In this document: one piece after another, positions 1 through 9,481 of the stretch
Layout: each line of letters starts with the position of its first letter
Numbering within the stretch: the stretch's first letter is position 1
DNA from: Cyanobacteria bacterium OH_PDB_230
Lineage (GTDB): Bacteria; Cyanobacteriota; Vampirovibrionia; Gastranaerophilales; Gastranaerophilaceae
Reading direction: 5' to 3'
Length of the DNA stretch: 64,000 nt
Assembly: GCA_023421795.1 (NCBI GenBank)
Contig: JAEZSO010000001.1
Coordinates: forward strand, 202,556-266,555
Program-made: the position numbers and the translations under genes
Notes under the pieces: generated by a model
Database searches by the model: none
The model's input: the letters and a program-made list of their open reading frames with translations, nothing else
Told to the model about the DNA's origin: nothing

Positions 1-330
1 TCAGCTTCAAGAACTTTAAAAAATCACTCTCAGGAAGAAGTTGAGGCGATGATAGATAAACTAATTACCGAAAGACTTAATGACGGGCAACTGTCAGACA
101 GCCCTCTTACATTGAAGGATTTGAAGACCATATCCGCAACATTTAGCAGGATTCTGAGAGCCGCTCATCACCAAAGAATTAAATATCACGAAAATATTTT
201 AGACGAACTCGAAAACAAGGTAAAATCAAAGCCTCTTATCACAAGTAAACTTGCTGATACAGAGCTTGCAGAAAAAATTGAGAAAAAAATTCAGAAAAGA
301 CACCAAAAACACGGAAATGAAAACGCTTAA
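1..330 (+). CDS. C-terminal end of a 7TM-HD (HDIG) membrane phosphohydrolase, PgpH/YqfF-like; 5' end lies outside the window
   Basis: Frame 1 is open from base 1. The tail '...DGQLSDSPLTLKDLKTISATFSRILRAAHHQRIKYHE' resembles the conserved C-terminus of PgpH/YqfF proteins. It lies directly upstream of ybeY-dgkA, as in the classical yqfF-ybeY-dgkA arrangement. Confidence 0.6.
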   Translation, partial: SASRTLKNHSQEEVEAMIDKLITERLNDGQLSDSPLTLKDLKTISATFSRILRAAHHQRIKYHENILDELENKVKSKPLITSKLADTELAEKIEKKIQKRHQKHGNENA

Positions 331-820
331 CATATTTATTGAGAATATTTATCCCGATTTTAAAATAAACGAAGTTGAAGTATTGGATAATCTGAAAAAA
401 ATTACTTCATACTTTCTTGGGAAACAAGAAATCATGAATAATTCCTGTTTCATAGGTTATAAGTTCGAGACTTTGTGTTTTGATGTTGTGCTTTGCGATA
501 ACCATAAAATACACGAAATTAACAAGGATTATCGCCACAAAGACAGGCCTACAGATGTTATAAGTTTTGCGATATTTGCGGATTCTCCTGAGGAAGAGCG
601 TTTCATATTCGATGAAGAGATAAACCTGGGCGAGATTATTGTATCGCTTGACAAAGTCAAAGAACAGTCTGAAGAGCATAATCAGTCGTTTGAAGAAGAA
701 CTTTATTTTTTGCTTTCACATGGGGTTTTGCACCTTTTTGGTTTTGACCATTTAACAGATGAGGATTATAATTTTATGGTGAAGGCTCAAAATGAAGTTA
801 AGGCGGTATTAGGTGTCTAA
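317..820 (+). CDS. ybeY: Endoribonuclease YbeY (rRNA maturation factor)
   Basis: Zinc-binding motif 'HGVLHLFGFDH' and typical length. The ATG at 317 (MKTLNIF...) overlaps the end of the upstream gene; the ORF-track start at 251 is probably too early. Confidence 0.9.
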   Translation: MKTLNIFIENIYPDFKINEVEVLDNLKKITSYFLGKQEIMNNSCFIGYKFETLCFDVVLCDNHKIHEINKDYRHKDRPTDVISFAIFADSPEEERFIFDEEINLGEIIVSLDKVKEQSEEHNQSFEEELYFLLSHGVLHLFGFDHLTDEDYNFMVKAQNEVKAVLGV

Positions 821-1205
821 GTTCACATCAGAAAGTTTTAAAAAAAGTTTAGCTTATGCAACAAAAGGTATAAGAATCGCGTATAAATCTCAAAGAAATT
901 TCAGGATGCAGATTTTTATAGGCTCTTTCGCTCTTGTGTTGGCTATAGGCCTTAAATTTTCGATGGTGGAATTTTGCCTTTTGTTTTTTGTAATAGCTAT
1001 GGTTCTTATCTGTGAACTTATAAATTCAGTGATAGAATTCGTTCTTGATGCCACATACAGAAATAAATATTCAAAACTTGTTGAAATGGCAAAAGATATG
1101 TCCGCAGGAGCCGTTTTAATAGCTACTCTTTTAAGTATTATTATCGGGTGCCTTTTGTTTATAGGCAAAATCTATGAAATCACAGCCTGGAGGTTTCTCG
1201 CATGA
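813..1205 (+). CDS. dgkA: Diacylglycerol/undecaprenol kinase, DgkA family
   Basis: 130-aa, three-TM protein with the DgkA signature 'ELINSVIEFVLD'. The GTG start overlaps the ybeY stop. Confidence 0.85.
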   Translation: MSKFTSESFKKSLAYATKGIRIAYKSQRNFRMQIFIGSFALVLAIGLKFSMVEFCLLFFVIAMVLICELINSVIEFVLDATYRNKYSKLVEMAKDMSAGAVLIATLLSIIIGCLLFIGKIYEITAWRFLA

Positions 1206-1576
1206 ATATAGAATCACTGGGTGTTGGCATTGATATAGAAGATATAGCGCGCTTTGAGAAGTATTCCAAAGATAGAGAAAACTCTTTTCTTAAAAAAGTC
1301 TATACTCCCACCGAAATTGAGTATTGTTTTAAAAGCAAAAGCCCTGCTAAACATTTAGCTGCAAGATTTTGTGCAAAAGAAGCAGTATATAAGGCTTTTT
1401 GTTCTCTGGGTGTTTTCGGATTGGGTTTTCAAGATGTTGAAATAGTTAACGATTCAAGCAGGGTGCCGTCGGTTAAATTTCTTACGGAAAGGCTCAAAGA
1501 CTACTCTTGTAAAATAAGCCTCTCTCACAGTAAAGACAAGGCAGCGGCAAGTGTAATTGTTGTAAAGAACTCATAG
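1202..1576 (+). CDS. acpS: Holo-[acyl-carrier-protein] synthase
   Basis: 'GVGIDIEDIARFEK...AARFCAKEAVYKA...ISLSHSKDKAAASVIV' is the typical AcpS pattern. ATGA overlap with dgkA. Confidence 0.9.
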   Translation: MNIESLGVGIDIEDIARFEKYSKDRENSFLKKVYTPTEIEYCFKSKSPAKHLAARFCAKEAVYKAFCSLGVFGLGFQDVEIVNDSSRVPSVKFLTERLKDYSCKISLSHSKDKAAASVIVVKNS

Positions 1577-1649
1577 TATACAGAAGTTTTTTTATTTAAA
1601 CATTCTGGCTCACCTCGAAATTACTATTTAAAACTCTTTTTATTATCTA

Positions 1650-1814
1650 GGTTTTGTGCGGCTTCGTGATTACATTTTCTACGGCATATACTCCGCCATA
1701 GCTTATTAAGAAAAGAAGCACTCACTATTTACTTATTTAGAATTTATTTATACGATATTGGTTTTCTCGTGAGGACATTTTCTTTAGCTCGCCCTAGCTC
1801 GCTAAGAAAAGAAG
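1650..1814. repeat. Two diverged copies of a 55-70-nt module in the acpS-downstream intergenic region
   Basis: Unit 1 (1650-1718) and unit 2 (1760-1814) share 'ggtttt', 'c(t)tcgtga..acattttct', 'cgcc.tagct' and an identical 3' 12-mer 'taagaaaagaag' (1707-1718 and 1803-1814). Confidence 0.5.
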
Positions 1815-1816
1815 TC

Positions 1817-1841
1817 AAAAAAAAGACCGATAGAATCGGTC
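1817..1841 (-). terminator. Orphan intrinsic terminator oriented on the minus strand
   Basis: Hairpin gaccga-tagaa-tcggtc (1825-1841) is preceded on the plus strand by A8 (1817-1824), which gives hairpin+T8 on the minus strand. No annotated minus-strand gene ends here. Confidence 0.5.
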
Positions 1842-1923
1842 GGTTGAAAACAGTTTACGAGTGAGAGTGGAATATGTATAGATTAATATTACAAAATGAA
1901 ACCCTGTTTCGTATATTATCCAC

Positions 1924-4176
1924 TTGTATAAATATTTTTATTTATTAGGATTAGTTATATACAATTTATTAATTTGGAATCTAATTGTTATGATTTTATT
2001 TATTATATCTTTAATACTTATTTGTATATCTTCTTACTTTATAGCTTCAATCTTCGCCGAAAAAACCTCTAAAACCCTTAGTAGGCAGGTGCTTGGTTTT
2101 TTGTATTTTTTACTTTCTGCTTTTTCACAAATAATTTTATCTTTCGAGATTTTATCTTTATTTAGCCTGATAAACCCAAATAGCTTCATTTTACTTAACT
2201 TAATATTTTTTACAATTAGTTTCTGTTTTTGGCTTAAAAACGGAAAACCGCTGTACAGACCGACTTTCAGAAACGAGATAGAAAAGATAAAAAAGGCATT
2301 ACTTAAAGACAAGTCCTTGATTATACTTGCTCTTTCATTCCTGTTTTTTATTGTAATCACTCTGATTATTGGTGTGTTTGTATCTGCAAATTCTTATGAT
2401 GCTTTGGTATACCATATAGCCAGGGTTCCATTCTGGCTTTCTAACGGTAATTTAAACCATTTTGATTATCCTGACTTGAGAATGAATGTTATGCCGATAA
2501 ACTCAGAGCTTTTATATGCTTGGGTGCTTTTGTTTTTCAAAAAGGATTGGTTTGTAGGTTGTTTTTCTTTTGTGAGCTATTTGGCATCTGTTCTTGTATT
2601 GTATAATTTCTTGGGGGAACTCAAATTTTCTACAAGAAAAAAGCTCTGGACAGTTTTTATGTTTTCTTCAATGGCTTCAATTTTGGCTGAAGCATCGGGC
2701 ACAGAAACGGAAATCATTATAGGAGCTCTTGCTTTTACCAGCTTATATATGTGGTGTTTGGCCGTTAGAAACGAATCAAAAATTTTGATATATTTTTCTG
2801 CTCTTTCTTATGCTCTTGCAATAGGCACGAAAACGCCTTCTATAATTTCTTTTGTCCCCTGCTTAATATTTATGGCAATGATAGCTTGGACCTATAAAAA
2901 GAACCAAATCGTAAAGCCGTTTTTATACTTTTTCAGCTTTTTGATTATAAATTTTATAATTTTCTCTTCATTCAATTATGTATTAAATTTCATAACTTAT
3001 GCAAACCCTGTCGGATCAAGAAGCGCTATAGAAATACACGCTTTTTACGGTGGGTTCAAAGCATTTTTTGCTAATTTGGTAAGATATTTCTTTTTGATGA
3101 TTGATTTTTCAGGCTTTAATTATGCCGATAAGCTCGGTCCTTATGTAATTGCTTTGCAGAACAAGATTTTCGCATTTTTACATATTCCGAAAGACTGGGG
3201 GGTTTTGATTCCTGCAGGCGATAAAGTCAACAATTCTCTCTTGGATCCTCTGATGGGCCCGGGATTGCTTGGTTTTCTTGTGTTTTTGCCTTGCGTTTTT
3301 TATTCTCTGCTTTCCTTGTTCAAAATAAAACAGGGAAATGACTTCGTTAAGCACAAAAAAATGACCTTTATGATTTGCTGTGCAGGATTGTTCATTCTGA
3401 ATGTGATTGTACTTTCTTGCTCTCTTGGGTTTATGGTTTTTAGCGTAAGATTTTTAACCTATTTTATAATTATTTCGTCGCCGGTGCTGGTTCTTTCTTA
3501 TATAAGAAGCAACAAAAACATATTTAAATGGCTGTTAATTTTTTATTCTTTTTCTTATATGGTTGTAATTTCATCTCACCTTAGCGCGAGACCGTTTTTC
3601 AAACTTGCTAAAATTTACACAATGGAGAAGAGTTTAGATACTTTTAGAGAAAGGCTTACCTGTTCTGATACTTTTGGTTATACAAACGATATGCCTGTTT
3701 GCCTTTTAAAAAGAGAATTAGAAAGGTATAACAAGCCGAAAAACATCGCCGTTTTTATTGACCCTAATTTCAGGGCATATCCTTTAAAAATGAAGGAAAA
3801 AGACGGATGGAAAGTCGATTTCTTGCTTCTTGAAAACCTTAATCCCGATGATTTGGATAAATATAACTACATAGTGACAAATTATGTATTTCAAGATAGT
3901 GAGCTTGTTAAACATCCGGAAAGAACGCAAGATTACATTCTGACAAAAGATTATCTTAAATTCTTGAAAAAGCGCCCCGTTAACTGTTTCTACCTTGATC
4001 AATACAACGTTTTGATTGAAAAAGGAAGCAAATCAAAACCTATAGTTTCCCTGTGTTATATTCCTACTGAGCTTTTCAAGGCCAAGGGCTTCAGAGAAAT
4101 TATAAGAATAAAAGTTCACGGAAAAGACCAAACTCCTCAGGGTTACAAAGATATAATCGTGTATGAAAGAATGTGA
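1924..4176 (+). CDS. Large polytopic membrane protein, GT-C-fold (ArnT/PMT-like) glycosyltransferase candidate with a C-terminal soluble domain
   Basis: About 14 predicted hydrophobic helices, then a roughly 200-aa hydrophilic C-terminus. The first loop 'SYDALVYHIARVPFW' resembles GT-C family loops. The start is uncertain: TTG at 1924 or ATG at 1990. Confidence 0.4.
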   Translation: MYKYFYLLGLVIYNLLIWNLIVMILFIISLILICISSYFIASIFAEKTSKTLSRQVLGFLYFLLSAFSQIILSFEILSLFSLINPNSFILLNLIFFTISFCFWLKNGKPLYRPTFRNEIEKIKKALLKDKSLIILALSFLFFIVITLIIGVFVSANSYDALVYHIARVPFWLSNGNLNHFDYPDLRMNVMPINSELLYAWVLLFFKKDWFVGCFSFVSYLASVLVLYNFLGELKFSTRKKLWTVFMFSSMASILAEASGTETEIIIGALAFTSLYMWCLAVRNESKILIYFSALSYALAIGTKTPSIISFVPCLIFMAMIAWTYKKNQIVKPFLYFFSFLIINFIIFSSFNYVLNFITYANPVGSRSAIEIHAFYGGFKAFFANLVRYFFLMIDFSGFNYADKLGPYVIALQNKIFAFLHIPKDWGVLIPAGDKVNNSLLDPLMGPGLLGFLVFLPCVFYSLLSLFKIKQGNDFVKHKKMTFMICCAGLFILNVIVLSCSLGFMVFSVRFLTYFIIISSPVLVLSYIRSNKNIFKWLLIFYSFSYMVVISSHLSARPFFKLAKIYTMEKSLDTFRERLTCSDTFGYTNDMPVCLLKRELERYNKPKNIAVFIDPNFRAYPLKMKEKDGWKVDFLLLENLNPDDLDKYNYIVTNYVFQDSELVKHPERTQDYILTKDYLKFLKKRPVNCFYLDQYNVLIEKGSKSKPIVSLCYIPTELFKAKGFREIIRIKVHGKDQTPQGYKDIIVYERM

Positions 4177-4250
4177 GTTTCTTTTTGGAGTAAATGAAGA
4201 AGAACCTTTTCGCCTCTGTACGTGATATTTGATTGTGGTATAATTCGCAT

Positions 4251-4700
4251 ATGTCTAAAAAAACTATATCCGTTAACAGAAAAGCATTTCATGAGTATCA
4301 TATCTTCGACAAATTTACAGCAGGTATGGTGCTGACCGGTACTGAAATAAAATCCATTAGAAAAGGTGCTATAAATTTAAAAGACAGTTTTGCCAAAATC
4401 GAGGATTCTCAGGTCTTTTTGTATAATTGTCACATAAGCCCTTATGAACAGGGAAACAGGTACAACGTTAATCCTGAAAGGGTTAGAAAGCTCCTTTTAA
4501 ATAAAAAAGAGATAGAAAAAATGCTCGGTAAAATAAAAAAAGAAGGTTATACCATAGTTCCTACAGAAATTTTTATCCAAGACGGCTGGGCAAAACTAGA
4601 GATAGCTCTTGCAAAAGGTAAAAAACTTCACGACAAACGAGATGATATCGCAAAAAAAGACCAAAACAGAGATATCCAAAGAGCCTTAAAATCGCATTAA
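4251..4700 (+). CDS. smpB: SsrA-binding protein SmpB
   Basis: 'NRKAFHEYHI...GTEIKSIR...NLKDSFA...LLNKKEI...GYTIVP...WAKLEIALAKGKKLHDKR' is canonical SmpB. The ATG at 4251 is preferred over the TTG at 4233. Confidence 0.95.
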   Translation: MSKKTISVNRKAFHEYHIFDKFTAGMVLTGTEIKSIRKGAINLKDSFAKIEDSQVFLYNCHISPYEQGNRYNVNPERVRKLLLNKKEIEKMLGKIKKEGYTIVPTEIFIQDGWAKLEIALAKGKKLHDKRDDIAKKDQNRDIQRALKSH

Positions 4701-5462
4701 TATAAGTTCAAGTACGAGAGCGTATATCAAGCTAACTATTAATGGTACACTTACAAGTGGATACATTAATTTTGTTTTTGGTTTATACAAGCCAGGTGTT
4801 TGACCTGTTAATTCGTAATTATATACTATCTCTTGTAAATCTGCGCCATCTACACCATAGTCTTGTGAGAATCTTATCGGGACTATGCCTTTTAAGTTTT
4901 TATAGATTGACAAAAAACCTTCCCAAGAGGATATTTCGCTTGTTATCACATAGCCGTTGTTTAATATGATTCTTAATTTTAGTAATGACCAAAAATGCAT
5001 ATCCCCTTTTTGTCCAAAATCAGTATCTAGTGTTATTTCCTTTATATCACTGAAATTTAGGACCTGATAAATTGCGGTATTTGTAAATGAAACAAATCTT
5101 ATGGACAACTCCTGGAATTTTCTGTTTATTGTCATATAACGGACATATTCTTTGCTTAATTTACGGTGCAAGATAACGCCTAGAGATAATAACACTAGTA
5201 GTCCCATCGCGATATAATGGACAGATAATTCAAAAATTATTGGCAGAGGCTCACCGGCAAAGGTAAACGCTGAATGAGAGTGTCTGCTGAAACTGCTAAT
5301 AGCATATTCGCTTGTAAGCAATATGGGTAATAACGCCGATAAAATCGCTTGTTTTATAAGATATTTTGGATTTTTTCCAATCTCTATCGTGACGTTGTCT
5401 TCTAAATCGTCTTCTCCAATGACCGGAATGTCTTCAATTTGATCCATATATATTGCCTCCAA
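4686..5462 (-). CDS. Hypothetical membrane protein: acidic N-terminus, two or three TM helices, a soluble domain of about 120 aa and a C-terminal TM helix
   Basis: Long ORF with no family recognised. Its 3' end overlaps the smpB 3' end by 15 nt in convergent orientation. Confidence 0.5.
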   Translation of the reverse strand: MEAIYMDQIEDIPVIGEDDLEDNVTIEIGKNPKYLIKQAILSALLPILLTSEYAISSFSRHSHSAFTFAGEPLPIIFELSVHYIAMGLLVLLSLGVILHRKLSKEYVRYMTINRKFQELSIRFVSFTNTAIYQVLNFSDIKEITLDTDFGQKGDMHFWSLLKLRIILNNGYVITSEISSWEGFLSIYKNLKGIVPIRFSQDYGVDGADLQEIVYNYELTGQTPGLYKPKTKLMYPLVSVPLIVSLIYALVLELILMRF

Positions 5463-5490
5463 TTTTATTTTTATAATTTATGGAGCAGTT

Positions 5491-7317
5491 TTAATCGATG
5501 TATTTTCCATCAAACAGCTGCATTATCATTTTGGCTTGGTCTGAGTCATTGATTTTGAGAGTTTTTTCTTCTGGCTTTTTTAGAAGCTCCGAGTAATATT
5601 CATCTTCTTCTACTTGAGTATTTTGTTGTGGTTTAGGGGCTATTTCAGGTTTTTTTTTAGCAGTAGCTGTTGGTGCTGCTTGAATTTCTGCTTCATCAAT
5701 TAAGTTAACCTGGATGTTTATATCTTTCACGCAAAAGTATGATATGGCTGCATTTTTAAGAGGCAATTTCTTTGTATCTTCTTTTGCCTGTTTTACAAAA
5801 ATCTCTTTTGCAAAAGCTATTACAATCTTTTCTCGGGTAAGTTCTATCGGCTTAGCTAAGCTTAAATAAAATGCTCTTGACGGCATGCTTTCGATGTTTT
5901 GTATAAGAGAATGCCATATTGCAGATAAGTCGCTGTTTGGGGCATCTGAGAGAATCTGAGTTTCTTGTTTAACTTCTTGAATTGGTTCTGTTTTGGCAGG
6001 TTCTTCGATTTTGTTATCGATCTTGTGCGCTATAGGTTTTATTGGTTCTTTTTCAACTGAGTGGATAGGCTGAGTTACTTTTGTTTCGGTTTTCGGCGCA
6101 ATTACAGGCGCTTTAGGCTGGTAAGAAGCCGCCGTTTGAGAAATTGTACCCGAGCTTAGTTGAGATTCTAAAATATCTACTCTTTTCGCCAAATCCGTAA
6201 GTTTAGGGATGCTTTGGGTATTTGAAATATCAATGATACAAAGTTCAAGCCAAAGATACTTATTTGTTGTTTCTTTTATTTGGGTTGCGTAGTATGAAAG
6301 TTTATCTATAAGTGCAATTATTTGTTCTGTTTCAAAATTATCCGCCTGCGGTTTTATTTTCTCAAGATAACTCTCATTTAATTGTGTCATATTTAAGATT
6401 AATTCTTTGTCAGAGCAGTTTTTAAGTACAAGTATATCTCTTAAATACTGGATGAGGTTGTTTATTATCTGTATAGGTTCATTACCTTTGTTGTAAATCT
6501 TATCGATAATCATTATGGATTTGTCAGTGTCAGATTCAATTACGCACTGAGCTATTTCAAAAAGCATATCGTATGAAATTTTGCCTAAAAGTTCATTGAT
6601 ATCATCTACATCAATCTGTTTTGATTGGCCGAGAACGCTTATCTGATCTAACAATGCAAGAGCGTCTCTCATCCCGCCTGCTGAATTTTTCGCAATCGAA
6701 TAAAGAGCTTCTTTTGAGATATTTATATCTTCTTCTTTTGAAATGAATTCAAGCCTTTTGACGATATCTTCGGTTGTGATTCTTCTGAAATCAAATCTTT
6801 GACATCTTGAAATGATTGTCTCAAGGACCTTATGAGGTTCTGTTGTCGCTAGGATAAAGATAACATTTTCAGGAGGTTCTTCCAGTGTCTTTAAAAGAGC
6901 GTTAAATGCGTGATTTGAAAGCATATGGACTTCATCTATCACGTATATTTTGTATCTGCCGTTTACAGGAACATATTGTATTTTTTCTAAAATTGCCTGA
7001 GTGTCCTCTACAGAACGGTTGCTGGCAGCATCTATTTCTATTACGTCCACTGGGACTGAATTAATTATATCCAGGCAGCTGGGGCAGGTTCCGCAGGGTT
7101 TAAGAGTCGGCCCTTCCTTGCAGTTTAAAGATTTAGCCAAAATCCTTGCTGATGAAGTTTTTCCTGTCCCTCTAGGGCCACAAAGCAAATAGGCATGAGC
7201 GATTCTGTTAAGGTTAATCGCATTACTTAAAGCCTTAACTATATTTTCTTGGCCAATAAGATCATAAAAGTTCTGCGGTCTATATTTTCTGTATAGAGGA
7301 ATGTATTTATTTGTCAA
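5491..7317 (-). CDS. dnaX: DNA polymerase III subunit gamma/tau
   Basis: 'YRKYRPQNF.DLIGQE', Walker A 'GPRGTGKTS', zinc module 'CGTCPSC', 'VIDEVHML' and 'SRCQRF'. Confidence 0.95.
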   Translation of the reverse strand: MTNKYIPLYRKYRPQNFYDLIGQENIVKALSNAINLNRIAHAYLLCGPRGTGKTSSARILAKSLNCKEGPTLKPCGTCPSCLDIINSVPVDVIEIDAASNRSVEDTQAILEKIQYVPVNGRYKIYVIDEVHMLSNHAFNALLKTLEEPPENVIFILATTEPHKVLETIISRCQRFDFRRITTEDIVKRLEFISKEEDINISKEALYSIAKNSAGGMRDALALLDQISVLGQSKQIDVDDINELLGKISYDMLFEIAQCVIESDTDKSIMIIDKIYNKGNEPIQIINNLIQYLRDILVLKNCSDKELILNMTQLNESYLEKIKPQADNFETEQIIALIDKLSYYATQIKETTNKYLWLELCIIDISNTQSIPKLTDLAKRVDILESQLSSGTISQTAASYQPKAPVIAPKTETKVTQPIHSVEKEPIKPIAHKIDNKIEEPAKTEPIQEVKQETQILSDAPNSDLSAIWHSLIQNIESMPSRAFYLSLAKPIELTREKIVIAFAKEIFVKQAKEDTKKLPLKNAAISYFCVKDINIQVNLIDEAEIQAAPTATAKKKPEIAPKPQQNTQVEEDEYYSELLKKPEEKTLKINDSDQAKMIMQLFDGKYID

Positions 7318-7474
7318 TTATTTGCTCCACTCACAAAGGATTTTAATTTAAGGTCGTATTATGCCGATGGTTCTTCTCTTTCGCCATAATAGTTCGCTTT
7401 TTCATGATGTTACTAGCGAAAATCACTCGAACATAATATAATTATATACGAATTTATTATTTAAAAGAGCATTT

Positions 7475-8395
7475 ATGAACTTAATTAAACCTAAGAAATT
7501 AAAAACAGGTGATACAATAGGTCTTCTTTCCGTTTCGGGGGATATCAGAGAGCCGGAAAGAATAGAAAAAGCAAAGAAATATTTTGAAAATAAAGGTTTT
7601 AACACCGTAGTTTCGGATACGACCTATAAACAAAACAGGTATCTTGCGGGCACGGACGAAGAGAGGCTGAATGCGCTGCATGGGTTCTTCTTAGACAAAA
7701 ATATAAAGGCTATCGTATGCACCAGAGGCGGTTATGGAGTTATAAGGATTCTGGATTCCATAGATTATGATGTCATAGCTCAAAACCCAAAGATTTTAGT
7801 CGGTTATTCTGATATAACAGCTCTTTTGGCTATGGTATATAAAAAAACGGGTCTTGTTACGTTCCACGGGGCAATGGCTAACGGCGATTTTGGAGAAGAC
7901 AAAATAAGTGAATGTACCGAAAAAAGTTTCTTTGAAACGCTTCAAAATTATAAAAAAGGCTTTGAGATAAAATCAGAAGGAAACTTTAAAAGTTATTTTA
8001 AAGGAAAAGCGCAGGGGATATTGTGGGGAGGGAACCTGGCTACTCTCTCATCATTGGCGGGGCAGGATTTTGTGCCTGATGAAAAATTCATTTTGTTTTT
8101 AGAAGATATAAATGAACCCGCTTATAAAATAGATAGAATGCTCACTCAGCTTTTAAATTTATCTAAATTCAAGGAAAATCTCGCAGGGATGGCTCTTGGC
8201 AAATTCACCAATGTCGATAGAAAAGATTATCTGGAGGGATTTTTAAAAGAGTTTTCGAGTCAGTTACAAATACCTGTTTGTAACGGATTTTTGATTTCAC
8301 ATGAAAAAGATAAATTAACATTGCCGGTGGGCGCTCAGGTTGAATTTGATGCTGATAATGCCTGTATAAAAGCGTTAGAGGATATTTTTGCATAA
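7475..8395 (+). CDS. ldcA: LD-carboxypeptidase (muramoyltetrapeptide carboxypeptidase, peptidase S66)
   Basis: Nucleophile motif 'VGYSDITAL', 'CTRGGYG', and a C-terminal 'FLISHEKDKLTLPVG' carrying the catalytic His. Confidence 0.85.
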   Translation: MNLIKPKKLKTGDTIGLLSVSGDIREPERIEKAKKYFENKGFNTVVSDTTYKQNRYLAGTDEERLNALHGFFLDKNIKAIVCTRGGYGVIRILDSIDYDVIAQNPKILVGYSDITALLAMVYKKTGLVTFHGAMANGDFGEDKISECTEKSFFETLQNYKKGFEIKSEGNFKSYFKGKAQGILWGGNLATLSSLAGQDFVPDEKFILFLEDINEPAYKIDRMLTQLLNLSKFKENLAGMALGKFTNVDRKDYLEGFLKEFSSQLQIPVCNGFLISHEKDKLTLPVGAQVEFDADNACIKALEDIFA

Positions 8396-8464
8396 TAGAC
8401 TTATTCTTTATGCCGTCAAATATAAGACAAAAGTGGAGCTTTATTTTGCTCAAAATGGAGTATA

Positions 8465-9442
8465 ATGAATCCTATGCAAGAACTCGTAGATGTAAAAAAA
8501 TTAAATAAGTATTTCCCCGTTAACAAGGGTTTTATGGGTAAAGCGGAAGGCTGTGTTTACGCTTTAAATAATGTGGATTTACAGATTTACAAAAACGAGA
8601 TTCTGGGTCTTGTGGGAGAATCGGGCTGCGGGAAATCTACTCTCGGCAAATGCATTCTGAAATTGATTGAGCCTACTTGCGGCAAAGTCTGCTACAAAGG
8701 GCAGAATGTGCTTTGCAAGAAAGGAAAGGAGCTGAAAGAATTCAGAAAAAGCGCACAGCTTATCTTTCAAAATCCATATGCAAGCCTTGATCCTAAAATG
8801 ACAATCTTTGAAACCTTGGAAGAGCCCCTTATCATCCACGGGATAAAAAATAAAAATGAGATAAATCAAAAAATCAATAAAATAGCAGAGCTCGTAGGTA
8901 TTGAAAAATCAGCTCTCAACAGATATCCACATGAATTTTCCGGAGGGCAACGGCAAAGAATAGCTATCGCAAGAGCTATTATATTAAACCCAGAATTTAT
9001 TGTGGCGGACGAGCCTGTAAGTGCCTTGGATGTTAGTATTCAAGCTCAAATAATAAATTTGCTTTTGGAACTGAAAAAAGAATTAAATTTAACGATACTT
9101 TTTGTTTCTCACGATTTAAGCATTATTAAATACGTTTCAGACAGGGTTGCTGTTATGTATCTGGGAGAAATTGTAGAAATCGGAGAAAAATACGAAGTGT
9201 TTGATTCTCCAAAGCATCCTTATACAATGGCGCTTTTATCCGCCATACCTACAATAAAAAAAGAAGACAGAACTAAAAAAATATTGCTGTCGGGAGATTT
9301 GCCTTCTCCTCAAAATCCACCCAGCGGCTGTAAATTTCATACCAGATGTCCTTATGTAATGGAGGTGTGCAAAACCGTTCACCCCAAAGAATACTGTATA
9401 AGCCAGACACATTATGCAAAATGTCATTTACTTGATGTATAA
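8465..9442 (+). CDS. Oligopeptide/dipeptide ABC transporter ATP-binding protein (OppF/DppF type)
   Basis: Walker A 'GESGCGKST', signature 'FSGGQRQR', Walker B 'IVADEP', and the Opp/Dpp-specific C-terminal 'PKHPYT...[11 protein letters not shown]' motif. Confidence 0.85.
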   Translation: MNPMQELVDVKKLNKYFPVNKGFMGKAEGCVYALNNVDLQIYKNEILGLVGESGCGKSTLGKCILKLIEPTCGKVCYKGQNVLCKKGKELKEFRKSAQLIFQNPYASLDPKMTIFETLEEPLIIHGIKNKNEINQKINKIAELVGIEKSALNRYPHEFSGGQRQRIAIARAIILNPEFIVADEPVSALDVSIQAQIINLLLELKKELNLTILFVSHDLSIIKYVSDRVAVMYLGEIVEIGEKYEVFDSPKHPYTMALLSAIPTIKKEDRTKKILLSGDLPSPQNPPSGCKFHTRCPYVMEVCKTVHPKEYCISQTHYAKCHLLDV

Positions 9443-9481
9443 AATTTAAAAAAATAGCCCAGAGCCCGCTTTTATTGTAAA

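Noticed and set aside
4700-5490. Looked for tmRNA (ssrA) next to smpB
   Set aside because: No tRNA-Ala-like 3' end (GGTTCGA.TCC...CCACCA) and no tag-peptide reading frame is visible. The interval is filled by a coherent minus-strand membrane-protein ORF.
5641-5660. A9 tract (coding strand) in dnaX as a possible gamma/tau frameshift site
   Set aside because: It lies about 50 codons from the C-terminus, inside a lysine run (KKKPE). That is far from the domain III/IV boundary where programmed dnaX frameshifting operates, and a shift here would barely change the product.
7318-7474. Checked the dnaX upstream spacer for an SRP (4.5S/scRNA) gene, which often precedes dnaX in some lineages
   Set aside because: No conserved SRP domain IV motifs (GGAA/GNAR loop with flanking AGC...GCA symmetric loop) were recognisable. 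Only short alternative hairpins (ttcgct/agcgaa, gttcg/cgaac) are present.
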